IMG/VR virus record: IMGVR_UViG_3300044644_001556
From: a virus
DNA: 64,000 nt
Strand: one strand, 5' to 3'
Shown here: positions 26,795 to 36,572 of the stretch, piece after piece
Layout: every line of letters starts with the position of its first letter
Position numbering within the stretch: the first letter of the stretch is position 1
Made by a program: the position numbers and the translations under genes
The notes under the pieces: model-generated
The model's database searches: none
The model's input: only the letters and a program-made list of their open reading frames with translations
What the model was told of the DNA's origin: nothing

Positions 26795-29700
26795 TTAAGT
26801 TCCACCTGTGGTTGATGTTTCTGCCGGAGGTATTTGGGCGCCAGTCGAAGTTCCAACTGCAGAACCACCCATATTGATAGTATCATCACCTTCTCCGCCG
26901 ATAGATGCACCATCCATACCAAATCCACCACCACCCATATCACCAAATCCACCACCCATACCACCCATACCATCAGTTGGGGCGCCATAAACTTGTTGAA
27001 GTGTTTTATCTTTATTAAGAATAAACCCTTTCTCTTGTTTGATGAGTTGTTCATTTGTCAAGATATCATCTTCGCTTAATTGTAGATATCTAGTCATAAT
27101 AAAACGTTTAGCTAAATACGGAATCGCGTCGGCTTGTGAAGCCATTGATAATAAGGTACTATCGATATCTGCTTGTTGATATTTTTTATAATTAGATGGT
27201 TTAGGTAATTTTAATTGATATAATGTATCATCAATATTAATATTACATGAAAATAAGAATTTTTTAAATTCTTCATCTAATGTATTTTCTATATAAACTT
27301 GTAATCGCTCAATAAATTTAGCGAATTGCTGTTCTTCTACGTAAGCTGCGCCAACTTTACCATCATTAAATATTGCATTATTTTGTCCGGGTTTCATCCA
27401 AGAAATCGGAACCCGCAATCCACGTAAAACTTTATCTGAAAAATATTCTAAATCAGATTGTTCACCTAATTGTGAATTTTTTGTAAATATACCACACGAT
27501 AAACTAAATGTATGATAATTATGGTATTTTTCTTCTTGATCGATAGTTAATGTTCCAACATCCATAGATTGATCCAAAACTGTATAATCTAGTATTTGCA
27601 ATCCGTGAATATGACTCACACTAATTAAATGTTCAATATTTGTGTAACCTAATTCATTTGATATTTTATCTAGATGAGTAATACTGATATTGCCATCAAT
27701 TGCTTCATTGCAGATAGCTTGATATAAAACAACGAAATTATAATGATATTGAAGATTTAATGATTCTAATAACATAGATATTCTATGATCGCCGTACGCC
27801 ATAGGTATATTTAACATTAGTAATTGTTCCATTACTAATTTTTCAGCGGACATCGTAGTTTCATTAACTTCTATATTTAAAGTTTCAATAACTCTATTTA
27901 ATTCTTTTTTCGTAATATATTCTAACCGTAGCATATCTAATAATCGAATATCGTTACATAATCTAGTTAATAATTGATCTCTATTATTAGTTACTTCAAC
28001 TATAAGTTTAATATACCGAACAATTTCTGATAAATCATTTGGTAATAATCTTAAAATTTCGCGCGCTTCATAAACTACATCATTATACGAATCAAATTCT
28101 TCAATTGCTATAAATTTACTAGATATAAATATTTTTGCATTATGATCATAAATTGCAGACTCGCCATACTTATGATTATTATTGCCTATAATAATATCAT
28201 CAAATGTTAAATTCGACGCTTCAACGAAACCTTTACCCCAAACTGGAAATTTATGATCCGGCGTACAAATAACGGTTTGATTATTAGTTAATGTTAAAGA
28301 AACAACCCCTACATCTTTCTGAGTAACACCAGCCCAAGAAATAACACCAGGTCTAACTTTACCAGTAATCGGATCACAACTATAAGTATAATTAACTATA
28401 CCATTATTAAAATCATCAATCAATTCACTTAATGTTTTAGTTATACCATCCATTAAATCAATTTTTGTATCTAACGATAAACACCCACCAGGTAAAACTT
28501 CAACTTTGCTACCAATACCATCAGATTTTTGAGCAATAAAAATATCTTCTAATGATGAGTTTTTAACATAAATCCCAGCGCCGACCGCAAAGGTATGAAA
28601 ATTATGTATTTTTTCTTCTTGATCTATCGTTAAAGTACCGACGTCTATTAAATCATCTAATTTTGTAATTTTAGTAATTGCACCGATCGGATCAATTATC
28701 GACGATCTATCATCTTCAATGTATTGATATAATAAATCAGCTAATTGCAAATCAACGGCTTGAACAAAACCTTTACCTCTTACTGGAATTTTATGATCAG
28801 GTGTACATATTAATGTATTACCATTTTCAAAAGTTAATTCTATAACATCAGTGCATTTTCTAGTAATACCAGCCCAAGAAATTATACCGGGAGCTGTTTC
28901 ACCAGTATTAGGATTAATTGAAAAAGCCCATAATTGTTTACCAGATTCAAATTCATCAATAATTTCATATAGTGGTATAGTTCTACCATCTAATAATGGA
29001 ATAAGAGTATCTAATGCTAAACAATGGGGGTTATATATTGAATCGACCGTACTTTGCCCTAACATATTTTGGCTAGGTATTTTTTTCTGGCGAATTTCGT
29101 TTTTAAATGTTTCCAAATAAGTTTTTATACGATTATTCGGCATAGTACCAACATCAACATAAAAAACACGTCGTTCTGGCGCTCGTTGAACTCGGTAAAT
29201 AACTATAGCATCTTCTAATAATTCTTTTTGTTTATGCGATTTATAAACCGTTCTCAAAACCGATTCACCAAATGGTGCGCTATCTGACATATCGTCATTA
29301 ATAGAAAAAACGACTAATTCGTCTGCCGGAATTACTTCAGTTTCTTGCATATCAACTGGTTTAAAACTTGAACCGCCCGGAACTCCAGTAGAAGCAGTTG
29401 GTGATTTAGAATGCGATCTTACTTGATATGCAACTATTTTAGTTACGTCGTCTGCATTAACTACTGCGCCTATAATATCACCGGCCGGCAACCACTCCCA
29501 TTTTTTATAATCCGATCTTTTTCTAAAAAAACAATCGCCGTATTTGACCATATTTCTAGATAATTTAAATAATCGATTATCATTAAACCCATGTATATCA
29601 GTCCAATGTCTTAATGCGGTCCGCAAAGTAAGAACTAAAGTATCATCTAACTCTTGACCATTATCGGATCGGATATCTAAATCAATCGGTAAATCAGTTG

Positions 29701-29944
29701 TTATATTTCTACCAGTTATTTCTTCAGCAATAATATCTAATGCACGAGCAACTTCAACATCATTATCCATTGCATTATATTCATTATATCTAGATAATCG
29801 GGTAGCACTACCTTGAATTAAACGAAGATACCAAGTTACGTTACTAGACGTTGCAAATCCTTGGTCGATGAATTGATTATCGCTAACAAACACATTTGAT
29901 TGTTGGGGCGAAACAATTTTATAAAAATCGGTAATTTTTGCCAT
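26795..29944 (-). CDS. Portal protein, T4 gp20-like, with two inteins (mature about 558 aa)
   Basis: LEDAIVIYRVQRAPERRVFYVDVG, EDIF...GSKVEVLPGG, DLEYF...LRVP. Confidence 0.93.
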   Translation of the reverse strand: MAKITDFYKIVSPQQSNVFVSDNQFIDQGFATSSNVTWYLRLIQGSATRLSRYNEYNAMDNDVEVARALDIIAEEITGRNITTDLPIDLDIRSDNGQELDDTLVLTLRTALRHWTDIHGFNDNRLFKLSRNMVKYGDCFFRKRSDYKKWEWLPAGDIIGAVVNADDVTKIVAYQVRSHSKSPTASTGVPGGSSFKPVDMQETEVIPADELVVFSINDDMSDSAPFGESVLRTVYKSHKQKELLEDAIVIYRVQRAPERRVFYVDVGTMPNNRIKTYLETFKNEIRQKKIPSQNMLGQSTVDSIYNPHCLALDTLIPLLDGRTIPLYEIIDEFESGKQLWAFSINPNTGETAPGIISWAGITRKCTDVIELTFENGNTLICTPDHKIPVRGKGFVQAVDLQLADLLYQYIEDDRSSIIDPIGAITKITKLDDLIDVGTLTIDQEEKIHNFHTFAVGAGIYVKNSSLEDIFIAQKSDGIGSKVEVLPGGCLSLDTKIDLMDGITKTLSELIDDFNNGIVNYTYSCDPITGKVRPGVISWAGVTQKDVGVVSLTLTNNQTVICTPDHKFPVWGKGFVEASNLTFDDIIIGNNNHKYGESAIYDHNAKIFISSKFIAIEEFDSYNDVVYEAREILRLLPNDLSEIVRYIKLIVEVTNNRDQLLTRLCNDIRLLDMLRLEYITKKELNRVIETLNIEVNETTMSAEKLVMEQLLMLNIPMAYGDHRISMLLESLNLQYHYNFVVLYQAICNEAIDGNISITHLDKISNELGYTNIEHLISVSHIHGLQILDYTVLDQSMDVGTLTIDQEEKYHNYHTFSLSCGIFTKNSQLGEQSDLEYFSDKVLRGLRVPISWMKPGQNNAIFNDGKVGAAYVEEQQFAKFIERLQVYIENTLDEEFKKFLFSCNINIDDTLYQLKLPKPSNYKKYQQADIDSTLLSMASQADAIPYLAKRFIMTRYLQLSEDDILTNEQLIKQEKGFILNKDKTLQQVYGAPTDGMGGMGGGFGDMGGGGFGMDGASIGGEGDDTINMGGSAVGTSTGAQIPPAETSTTGGT
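27476..28483 (-). mobile_element. Portal intein 2 (336 aa)
   Basis: G/CLSLDT...TPDHK...HTFSLSCGIFTKN/S; internal insert has no clear LAGLIDADG motif. Confidence 0.9.
28559..29023 (-). mobile_element. Portal intein 1 (mini-intein, 155 aa)
   Basis: H/CLALDT...TPDHK...HTFAVGAGIYVKN/S. Confidence 0.9.
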
Positions 29945-29955
29945 ATTGTTAATTT

Positions 29956-30186
29956 TTAATATATGATGTTAGAGGTTTTCTTAAATTCTGCTTCCAATCT
30001 TTTATTAAGAAAATCATTGACCGCAGTTCGCTCGGGAATTGACATATGTAGTAAAGCATGATACTGAACTGATCCTCTCATAAAATATGTCAATTCCACA
30101 ATTTCTTCTAGTATTCGACTAGTTTCTTTCGATAATCTAGCTACGTACGCATTTATTTTTGCACTATCATTACTCTTTAGGAGTCT
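29956..30186 (-). CDS. gp51-like baseplate hub assembly chaperone; -1 frame continuation of gp26 (76 aa)
   Basis: Not in ORF track. RLLKSNDSAKINAYVARLSKETSRILEEIVELTYFMRGSVQYHALLHMSIPER...; no ATG/GTG/TTG until codon 30. Confidence 0.7.
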   Translation of the reverse strand, partial: RLLKSNDSAKINAYVARLSKETSRILEEIVELTYFMRGSVQYHALLHMSIPERTAVNDFLNKRLEAEFKKTSNIIY

Positions 30187-30959
30187 AAAAAAAAAGTCAT
30201 TGGATTTAACGGTAATTCTAATAATATTTTTTCTTTACAATCTAAACAAGTTACTTCACAGGAAGTTACGACACCCCATTCACCACTCGCTGATAATGCA
30301 TTTGCTATTTTTTCATACCAAGTAACTGGTATGAGTTTAGTCCATTCTAAAATTTTATTTTTATCAGTAATTCCATCGACAGAATGAATAATATTTAAAG
30401 TAGATTCTAATATTTTAATTTGTAGCTCAGAATTAGACATCGACTCATAATCGCCAGCATTTTTCATCATATCCAAATAATCTTTAAATTTAATTGGATG
30501 CAAAATTACAATCTGACCGTTATCCATCGGTATAGTACTTAATTCGCCGACCGAAGTTGGATCGATAAATCTAGTCGCACTAATTAATTTAGTTAATTGG
30601 ATAGTATATTCGTGTCTTGCTGCATCTTCGCAAGTATGAGTATATTCTAAAGTATAATTATTACCGTACGTTACTTTACGCAGAACCAATAATAAAAAAT
30701 CAACATCCTTACTAAATAATTCATCCGGTTTTAATATCTGAGGAATACATTTAGCGAATACTTTAGATAACGAGGTTCCGTTAATAATATCCGATATGTT
30801 TTTCATATAAATTTCATCATACGCAGACATAGGAAATACATTAACTTCTCCATCCACTACATCCGGAGCTAAAACACCTTCATCGTAAAAAAATCCGCGA
30901 GACGGTAATCGAACTAAGTCGCCCGGTAATCTAAAATCTAATAATAACTCATTGGACAT
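30177..30959 (-). CDS. Baseplate hub assembly protein, T4 gp26-like
   Basis: VRLPSRG-x-FY, PMSAYDEI, DVDFLLL-x-LR-x-VTYG, C-terminal CxxC and NPMTFF. Confidence 0.8.
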   Translation of the reverse strand: MSNELLLDFRLPGDLVRLPSRGFFYDEGVLAPDVVDGEVNVFPMSAYDEIYMKNISDIINGTSLSKVFAKCIPQILKPDELFSKDVDFLLLVLRKVTYGNNYTLEYTHTCEDAARHEYTIQLTKLISATRFIDPTSVGELSTIPMDNGQIVILHPIKFKDYLDMMKNAGDYESMSNSELQIKILESTLNIIHSVDGITDKNKILEWTKLIPVTWYEKIANALSASGEWGVVTSCEVTCLDCKEKILLELPLNPMTFFLDS

Positions 30960-30988
30960 TTATAAAACTCCTATATAGCAATAACAGT

Positions 30989-30996
30989 TATTTATG
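30989..30996 (-). promoter_or_regulatory. T4-like late promoter (CATAAATA)
   Basis: Upstream of the gp26-portal operon. Confidence 0.55.
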
Positions 30997-32011
30997 CTTC
31001 AGTTTGGAAGGTATTGCGGAATTGTTCTAATAAATTAACTTGATTTTCAGTTAAATTAGTAGGAATTTTGCAAGTTAATGTGCATAATAAATCACCATAT
31101 CCGGTTGATTGCATAATAGGCATACCTTTACCCCTAATACGCATAGTAGCGCCGATTTGAGTACCGGCTGCAATCTTTAAATTACCTTCACCATCCATAG
31201 TTTGAACTTTTATTTCGCCGCCTAGACATAGTAAATCATAATCACAAGCTACTTGACATTTTAAATTATGACCTTGAACTTCAAATTGAGTTTTATTATC
31301 GATAATAATATCAATTCTTAAATCACCACAATTACCCCAATTATCGGAATGCCCGCCATTTTTAACGGATATTGAACTACCATTAAGTATACCCTTTGGT
31401 ATATCGATGGTGGCTGATGTCGTCGATAAAATAACACCAGAACGATGACATTTTGGGCAAGGTGTTTTTACTGTTTTACCTTTACCGTCGCATGCGGTAC
31501 ATACTTGCTGCATTCTAAATGGTCCATTCTGGATTATCAAAACACCAGAACCATTACAATTATTACAATCAATAACATCAGACGGTTTTTCAGATCCTTT
31601 GCCATTACAAGTCGGGCAAACAATATTTTTACGATAATTGATTGTTTTTTGTAACCCAGTATAAACATCATTTAATGAAATCGATATACGATAAGCTAAA
31701 TCTAAATGCTGAGTTTGTTGACTACCATTAAACCCAAAACCTTGATTAAATATATCACCAAATCCGGAATTAAAACCACCGAACCCGCCAAATTGAGGCC
31801 CACCACCATTATCATATTGAGCTTTTTTATTCGGATCTGATAATATATCATAAGCGCCAGTTATTTCTTTAAATTTCGCCTCAGCTTCTTCTTTATTATC
31901 TGGGTTACGATCAGGATGATGTTTCATCGCCAGCGATTTATATTTCTTTTTAATTTCGTCACTCGACGCATTCTTAGATACGCCTAATATTTCATACGGG
32001 TTTGTTGACAT
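30992..32011 (-). CDS. dnaJ: DnaJ chaperone
   Basis: J-domain HPD, G/F region, four CxxCxGxG-type repeats. Confidence 0.95.
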   Translation of the reverse strand: MSTNPYEILGVSKNASSDEIKKKYKSLAMKHHPDRNPDNKEEAEAKFKEITGAYDILSDPNKKAQYDNGGGPQFGGFGGFNSGFGDIFNQGFGFNGSQQTQHLDLAYRISISLNDVYTGLQKTINYRKNIVCPTCNGKGSEKPSDVIDCNNCNGSGVLIIQNGPFRMQQVCTACDGKGKTVKTPCPKCHRSGVILSTTSATIDIPKGILNGSSISVKNGGHSDNWGNCGDLRIDIIIDNKTQFEVQGHNLKCQVACDYDLLCLGGEIKVQTMDGEGNLKIAAGTQIGATMRIRGKGMPIMQSTGYGDLLCTLTCKIPTNLTENQVNLLEQFRNTFQTEA

Positions 32012-32044
32012 TTTAACTCCAGTAAATAATCTGATAAACGAATA

Positions 32045-32073
32045 TTGATTTTATATGAAAATTCAGTTATAAT
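32045..32073 (+). promoter_or_regulatory. Sigma70-type promoter
   Basis: TTGATT-N17-TATAAT. Confidence 0.65.
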
Positions 32074-32149
32074 CCACACAATTGGATAAAAAAATAATAC
32101 CTATTAAAATAATTAGTTTAAATAATTATTTTTTTAGGGAATATATGAC

Positions 32150-32353
32150 ATGGAAAAGCCTATGGGATATTTACAAGTAATTGATAATTTAGTTTATCAC
32201 GCGATACAAATTTTACAAGATTATAGTGATAATTGGGATGCGTTAAATCATATAGCAGTTGTATGTGCTGAAACTTATAATATACCATTTGATGTATTAA
32301 AAGAAGATTACGAAAAAGCATTAGAGATTAAATTATTATATCTGGCTAGATAA
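32150..32353 (+). CDS. Hypothetical protein
   Basis: ORF with RBS. Confidence 0.55.
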   Translation: MEKPMGYLQVIDNLVYHAIQILQDYSDNWDALNHIAVVCAETYNIPFDVLKEDYEKALEIKLLYLAR

Positions 32354-33045
32354 TGTATATACCGACAAATTCAAAACAATTATTAACTGATTGTACCAAA
32401 CTATTATTATATTTAGAAACTCAAAATATAAACATAGATCACGGAATAAATGAAATTTTATTATTCGATAATCTTTTAACACAATATCCTAATATTGGAA
32501 TTAAAGAACCAATAGTCGGACCAAAATTTAAAGATTTTATTTATTCGATGTACGAACAATACGATCAAATAATTAATTATAAAGATGTTTTACCATTTAT
32601 GCCGTATAATATTAGAAGCGGCATTTATTCTTCGATATTAGGTTTAATGGCCGAATATATTTCATTATGGGTCGTAAATGATTTATATAAAAATGGAGAA
32701 ATTTTACAAGATTTCAATAGTCAGTTAGCTGGGCATGATATTCGATATTTACATAATGATAATAATATCACAGCCGATGTAAAATTATCGACTACTGATT
32801 GGACTAATGAAAAAAGTATTCATGTTCATAAAGATTGGTTCCACGAAAAGAAGAAATCTACTAGATTTCATATAGTTGATATACATAATCATTCGCATTT
32901 TATTATAGGTAGATCGTTTTTACATTATAATCATGAAAAATACGGCGATTATATACCAATTAAACAAATGAAATCATATTCTATATACAGTAGACAAGAT
33001 ATATCCCATTTAATCGAATTATTTTACAATAAAGGTACCATATGA
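32353..33045 (+). CDS. Putative PD-(D/E)XK nuclease
   Basis: G-x-x-AE...GHD...DVK pattern. Confidence 0.5.
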   Translation: MYIPTNSKQLLTDCTKLLLYLETQNINIDHGINEILLFDNLLTQYPNIGIKEPIVGPKFKDFIYSMYEQYDQIINYKDVLPFMPYNIRSGIYSSILGLMAEYISLWVVNDLYKNGEILQDFNSQLAGHDIRYLHNDNNITADVKLSTTDWTNEKSIHVHKDWFHEKKKSTRFHIVDIHNHSHFIIGRSFLHYNHEKYGDYIPIKQMKSYSIYSRQDISHLIELFYNKGTI

Positions 33046-33500
33046 AAAAAATAGCTGCAATTTTATTATTAACCCCACTTTTAAGTTTAGCTGATGCATT
33101 ACCTAATCCGATTTTAACTCCCGGTGAAATAAATCCAAAAATAACACAATCAAATATTCATAAAACAATATGCATCTCCGGGTTTACTGGTACGATAAGA
33201 CCACCAGTTTCGTATACTAATAAATTAAAAGCGGAACAAATAAATCAATATGGATATGCTGATAAAAATATGTCACATTATGAAGAGGATCATCTAATAC
33301 CGTTATCGGTAGGTGGTCATCCATCAAGTCCGAAAAATTTATGGCCAGAAGCTTATGCCGGAGCAGAGGGGGCGCGCAAAAAAGATGTATTAGAAGGCTA
33401 TATGCATAGAGCAGTATGCGACGGTAAAATTTCATTAAAAGATGCTCAATATATATTCACCCACAATTGGGTTTCAGTTTATTACCAAGTAATAAAATAG
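33042..33500 (+). CDS. Signal-peptide-bearing HNH-like protein
   Basis: MKKIAAILLLTPLLSLA signal; YEEDHLIPLSVGG...NLWPE. Confidence 0.7.
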   Translation: MKKIAAILLLTPLLSLADALPNPILTPGEINPKITQSNIHKTICISGFTGTIRPPVSYTNKLKAEQINQYGYADKNMSHYEEDHLIPLSVGGHPSSPKNLWPEAYAGAEGARKKDVLEGYMHRAVCDGKISLKDAQYIFTHNWVSVYYQVIK

Positions 33501-33501
33501 A

Positions 33502-33530
33502 TTGATTTATTTAAATTATTGATTTATAAT
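33502..33530 (+). promoter_or_regulatory. Sigma70-type promoter
   Basis: TTGATT-N17-TATAAT. Confidence 0.65.
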
Positions 33531-33562
33531 ATTATTTTACTAAATATAGATAGGTATTTCGA

Positions 33563-34225
33563 ATGCAAGCTAAATTAGAAGCAATGTTACAATTACAAGA
33601 TTCTTTTAATAAAAAAGTTCATCCGAATTGGATCGAACAAGGATTTAGATGGGATTTTGCTATTATGTGCGAAGCGGCAGAATTAATGGAACATGCCGGC
33701 TATAAATGGTGGAAAAAACAAGATCCTGATATGAACCAAATGATTATGGAAATGGTTGATATTTGGCATTTCGGTATGAGTATGGATTTAGCTAATTTAC
33801 CAGAAGGTGAAAAATTAAATTTAGAATCGGATTTAATTGTTAGTTGTTATATCAATTCGATAGCAAATGCTTGTGATGATCCGGTACATACTGACTTCGA
33901 TTTAGATGTTTTTAAAGACGGTATAGCACTATTAACCCATTTCGTAACTCAAGAAAATGCTATTTTTGCGGATGATATTTTCTTTCAAATGTGGTATTTA
34001 CTAGGTCTTAATTTAGACGATCTTTATAAAAAATATATTGGTAAAAATGCATTAAATGAATTTAGACAATTAAATGGTTATAAAGATGGTTCTTATATCA
34101 AAATCTGGCATGGCGAAGAAGATAATGAACAATTAACTAAAATTTTAGATAATATTGTTTTAGATGAAAATTTATATACTCATACATTAACTGCATTATC
34201 GGTTGTTTACGAAACCGTTAAATAG
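33563..34225 (+). CDS. Dimeric (all-alpha) dUTPase
   Basis: EAAE, KWWK, EMVDIWHF, KNALNEFRQ-x-NGY. Confidence 0.9.
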   Translation: MQAKLEAMLQLQDSFNKKVHPNWIEQGFRWDFAIMCEAAELMEHAGYKWWKKQDPDMNQMIMEMVDIWHFGMSMDLANLPEGEKLNLESDLIVSCYINSIANACDDPVHTDFDLDVFKDGIALLTHFVTQENAIFADDIFFQMWYLLGLNLDDLYKKYIGKNALNEFRQLNGYKDGSYIKIWHGEEDNEQLTKILDNIVLDENLYTHTLTALSVVYETVK

Positions 34226-34523
34226 ATAAACTTAATTTTACCAATTCATCGGGTGTTGCATTGTTCTTAAGTTTATTCGCCCGATATGATATCACTCGGA
34301 TATTATTTGCATTATATCCGAGTGATGAATCAATCCGATCTATAGAATAAGAATTATCTTCGACTTTTCCTCTATTAAAGGTTAATGGAATTCCTAAAAT
34401 CGGACAAGATATAGGATAATCTAATTCATATAAATCAGTTAATGATAAGTTAAAATCAATATTTCGTTTTTTAGCTGATGCTTTTAAACGATTGTATATA
34501 GTTTTAACTTCGGGTATGTACAT
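34218..34523 (-). CDS. Small HNH-type endonuclease
   Basis: CPILGIPL, SIDRIDS-x-x-GY...N...AN-x-x-KN. Confidence 0.8.
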   Translation of the reverse strand: MYIPEVKTIYNRLKASAKKRNIDFNLSLTDLYELDYPISCPILGIPLTFNRGKVEDNSYSIDRIDSSLGYNANNIRVISYRANKLKNNATPDELVKLSLSI

Positions 34524-34527
34524 TAAA

Positions 34528-34707
34528 TTATCCCAATAATAATTCTTTATTATCTTCGGAAATTATTGAAATAGAAGCACCTTCATATAATGGATTTGTA
34601 GTTTTTAAAGACATCAAAGCCGATTGAGCTTCTAGCTGAGATTGATATTTTGATATAATTTGACCATTAAGTTTAATAGCGTATTGTTGCGGAGTATTTA
34701 ATAACAT
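34528..34707 (-). CDS. Small hypothetical protein (59 aa)
   Basis: Below cutoff; AGGA RBS; MLLNTPQQYAIKLNG...KELLLG. Confidence 0.55.
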   Translation of the reverse strand: MLLNTPQQYAIKLNGQIISKYQSQLEAQSALMSLKTTNPLYEGASISIISEDNKELLLG

Positions 34708-34764
34708 GGAGTAATCCTAAAAAATAATTATATTTACAACAAATCTTCGAGCGAGTATAAATAT

Positions 34765-35385
34765 ATGTGTGAATTAACAATATCAGAATATAATAAAATA
34801 TATAATACAAATTTACCAGATAATCATCATGAATTAACAATAAAAGAATTAAATTTAGAATTAAATAATAATATGAATATATCATCAAACCCACCTATTA
34901 TATGGCTTACAGGATTACCACAATCCGGAAAATCAACCATCCTAGCAGAATTCGATAAAATACTCGAAGAACAATATATCGGCTCATTTATCATTGATAA
35001 TGACCACATTCAAACTAGTTTTTGTCTTGACTTAATTACTAACGCGGCGGATTGTCTAGATAAAGTTAGAATAGTAGCCGAAGTTGCTAAAATCGCATCA
35101 TATTCCGGCTGTATAGTTTTAACCACTGCCATCAATCCATTCCACTCTAGTAGATTAATAGCTAAAAATATATTAGGTGATGATTATGTTGAAGTTTTTG
35201 TTAATTGCCCACTAATTAAATGTGTAGAGCGAGATACAAAAGATTTATATCATGGAGCATTATTAGGCGGAACTGATATATCATATGAACAACCATTAGA
35301 ACCGCATCTTATTGTTGATAGTGGTAATAAATCAGCGAAAGAATGCGCTCAACAAATATTTGACTTTATTAGAAATAGATTATAA
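34765..35385 (+). CDS. cysC: Adenylyl-sulfate kinase-like protein (divergent)
   Basis: WLTGLPQSGKST, VAEVAK, EVFVNCPL-x-x-C-x-x-RD-x-K-x-LY, YEQP; true start may lie downstream. Confidence 0.75.
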   Translation: MCELTISEYNKIYNTNLPDNHHELTIKELNLELNNNMNISSNPPIIWLTGLPQSGKSTILAEFDKILEEQYIGSFIIDNDHIQTSFCLDLITNAADCLDKVRIVAEVAKIASYSGCIVLTTAINPFHSSRLIAKNILGDDYVEVFVNCPLIKCVERDTKDLYHGALLGGTDISYEQPLEPHLIVDSGNKSAKECAQQIFDFIRNRL

Positions 35386-35388
35386 AAT
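35360..35388 (+). promoter_or_regulatory. Sigma70-type promoter for SSB
   Basis: TTGACT-N17-TAAAAT. Confidence 0.6.
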
Positions 35389-35504
35389 ATAAAAGAATAT
35401 GCAGTAAAATCGGTTCATAATCGATCGATAGTATAAGAAAGGAATTTCACGATTATTGTTACTTTAAATTAAATTATTAAAATATTATTATAGGAATTAT
35501 TAAA

Positions 35505-36401
35505 ATGGCTCGTAATTTTAGCTTAGACGCATTAAAACAACATTTCGCAGCATCTGCACCACAAAATAATCAACAAAATAGCAATAATTATTATCCATTC
35601 TGGAATATGGATGCTGGTGATTCTGCGGTCGTTCGTTTCTTACCTGATAAAAATATGGATAATCCTTGGTTTTTATTAGAAAAAGCGCATCATGAATTGA
35701 TTATTGGTGGCGAAAAAAAGAAAGTACCTTGTTTAAAAAATTATAATAATGAAGATTGCCCAATCTGCAAAATGAGCCAACAGTTTTATAAAAACGAAGG
35801 CAAAGATACAGTAATGGGTAAACAATTATATAAGAAACGTCAATATTTGGGTCAAGTTTATGTTGTAGATGATCCACTCCCGATCGATAAAGAAACTGGT
35901 AAAAATTTAGATGGTGAAGTTAAATTAGTTTCCTTAGGTCAAAAAATTTACGAATCTATTAAAGATGCAGTTGAGACTGGTGAACTAGATAATGCACCAC
36001 ATTCTTATGATGAAGGTACAAACTTTATTATTAGAAAAACAATGAATGGCGTATATGCAGATTATTCAAGAAGTAGATTTGATAAACGACCTACTCCATT
36101 ACCTGCAGCTTTAGCTGATGAATTAGAAGACAAATTGGTCGATTTAACTACTTTATTACCAGCTAAGCCGGACTATGATTTTCTAGTCGAACAATTAAAT
36201 GCGCATTTAAATGGCGGTGATGCTCCAGTACACACATCAACTCCTACTCAATCGTATGAAGCTCCAGCTCCAGCAGCAACCACATACGAACCAACTCCAG
36301 TAGCAACACCAAAAGCTGCAGCACCAGTATCATTAGATGAAGATGATGAATCGGCTGCTGTTTTAGCTCAATTAAGAGCAAGAAAAAATACAATTAAATA
36401 A
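35505..36401 (+). CDS. Single-stranded DNA-binding protein, gp32-like
   Basis: VRFLP, C...CPIC, VVDDP, G-x-NF...Y-x-x-S-x-F, acidic tail. Confidence 0.9.
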   Translation: MARNFSLDALKQHFAASAPQNNQQNSNNYYPFWNMDAGDSAVVRFLPDKNMDNPWFLLEKAHHELIIGGEKKKVPCLKNYNNEDCPICKMSQQFYKNEGKDTVMGKQLYKKRQYLGQVYVVDDPLPIDKETGKNLDGEVKLVSLGQKIYESIKDAVETGELDNAPHSYDEGTNFIIRKTMNGVYADYSRSRFDKRPTPLPAALADELEDKLVDLTTLLPAKPDYDFLVEQLNAHLNGGDAPVHTSTPTQSYEAPAPAATTYEPTPVATPKAAAPVSLDEDDESAAVLAQLRARKNTIK

Positions 36402-36441
36402 ATTGTATTTTTGGACAGGGACGTCTATTTAAATATAATGT

Positions 36442-36561
36442 ATGAAAATTTTAACGTTTATTTTTTGGTTTATCTTTTTATGTAGCTTTACTAGTTTCAT
36501 ATATCATGAAATTATGGAAGATCATAGTAAGCCAATCGAAGAATCGGATATTATTAAATAG
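36442..36561 (+). CDS. Small membrane protein (39 aa)
   Basis: Below cutoff; MKILTFIFWFIFLCSFTSFIY. Confidence 0.4.
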   Translation: MKILTFIFWFIFLCSFTSFIYHEIMEDHSKPIEESDIIK

Positions 36562-36572
36562 AGATTAGTATT

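Noticed and set aside
26755-27079. Short ORFs 26755-27054, 26808-26990 and 26834-27079
   Set aside because: Shadow frames of the Gly/Met-rich portal C-terminus.
27600-28180. Homing endonuclease within portal intein 2
   Set aside because: No LAGLIDADG or HNH motif is recognisable by eye; left unassigned.
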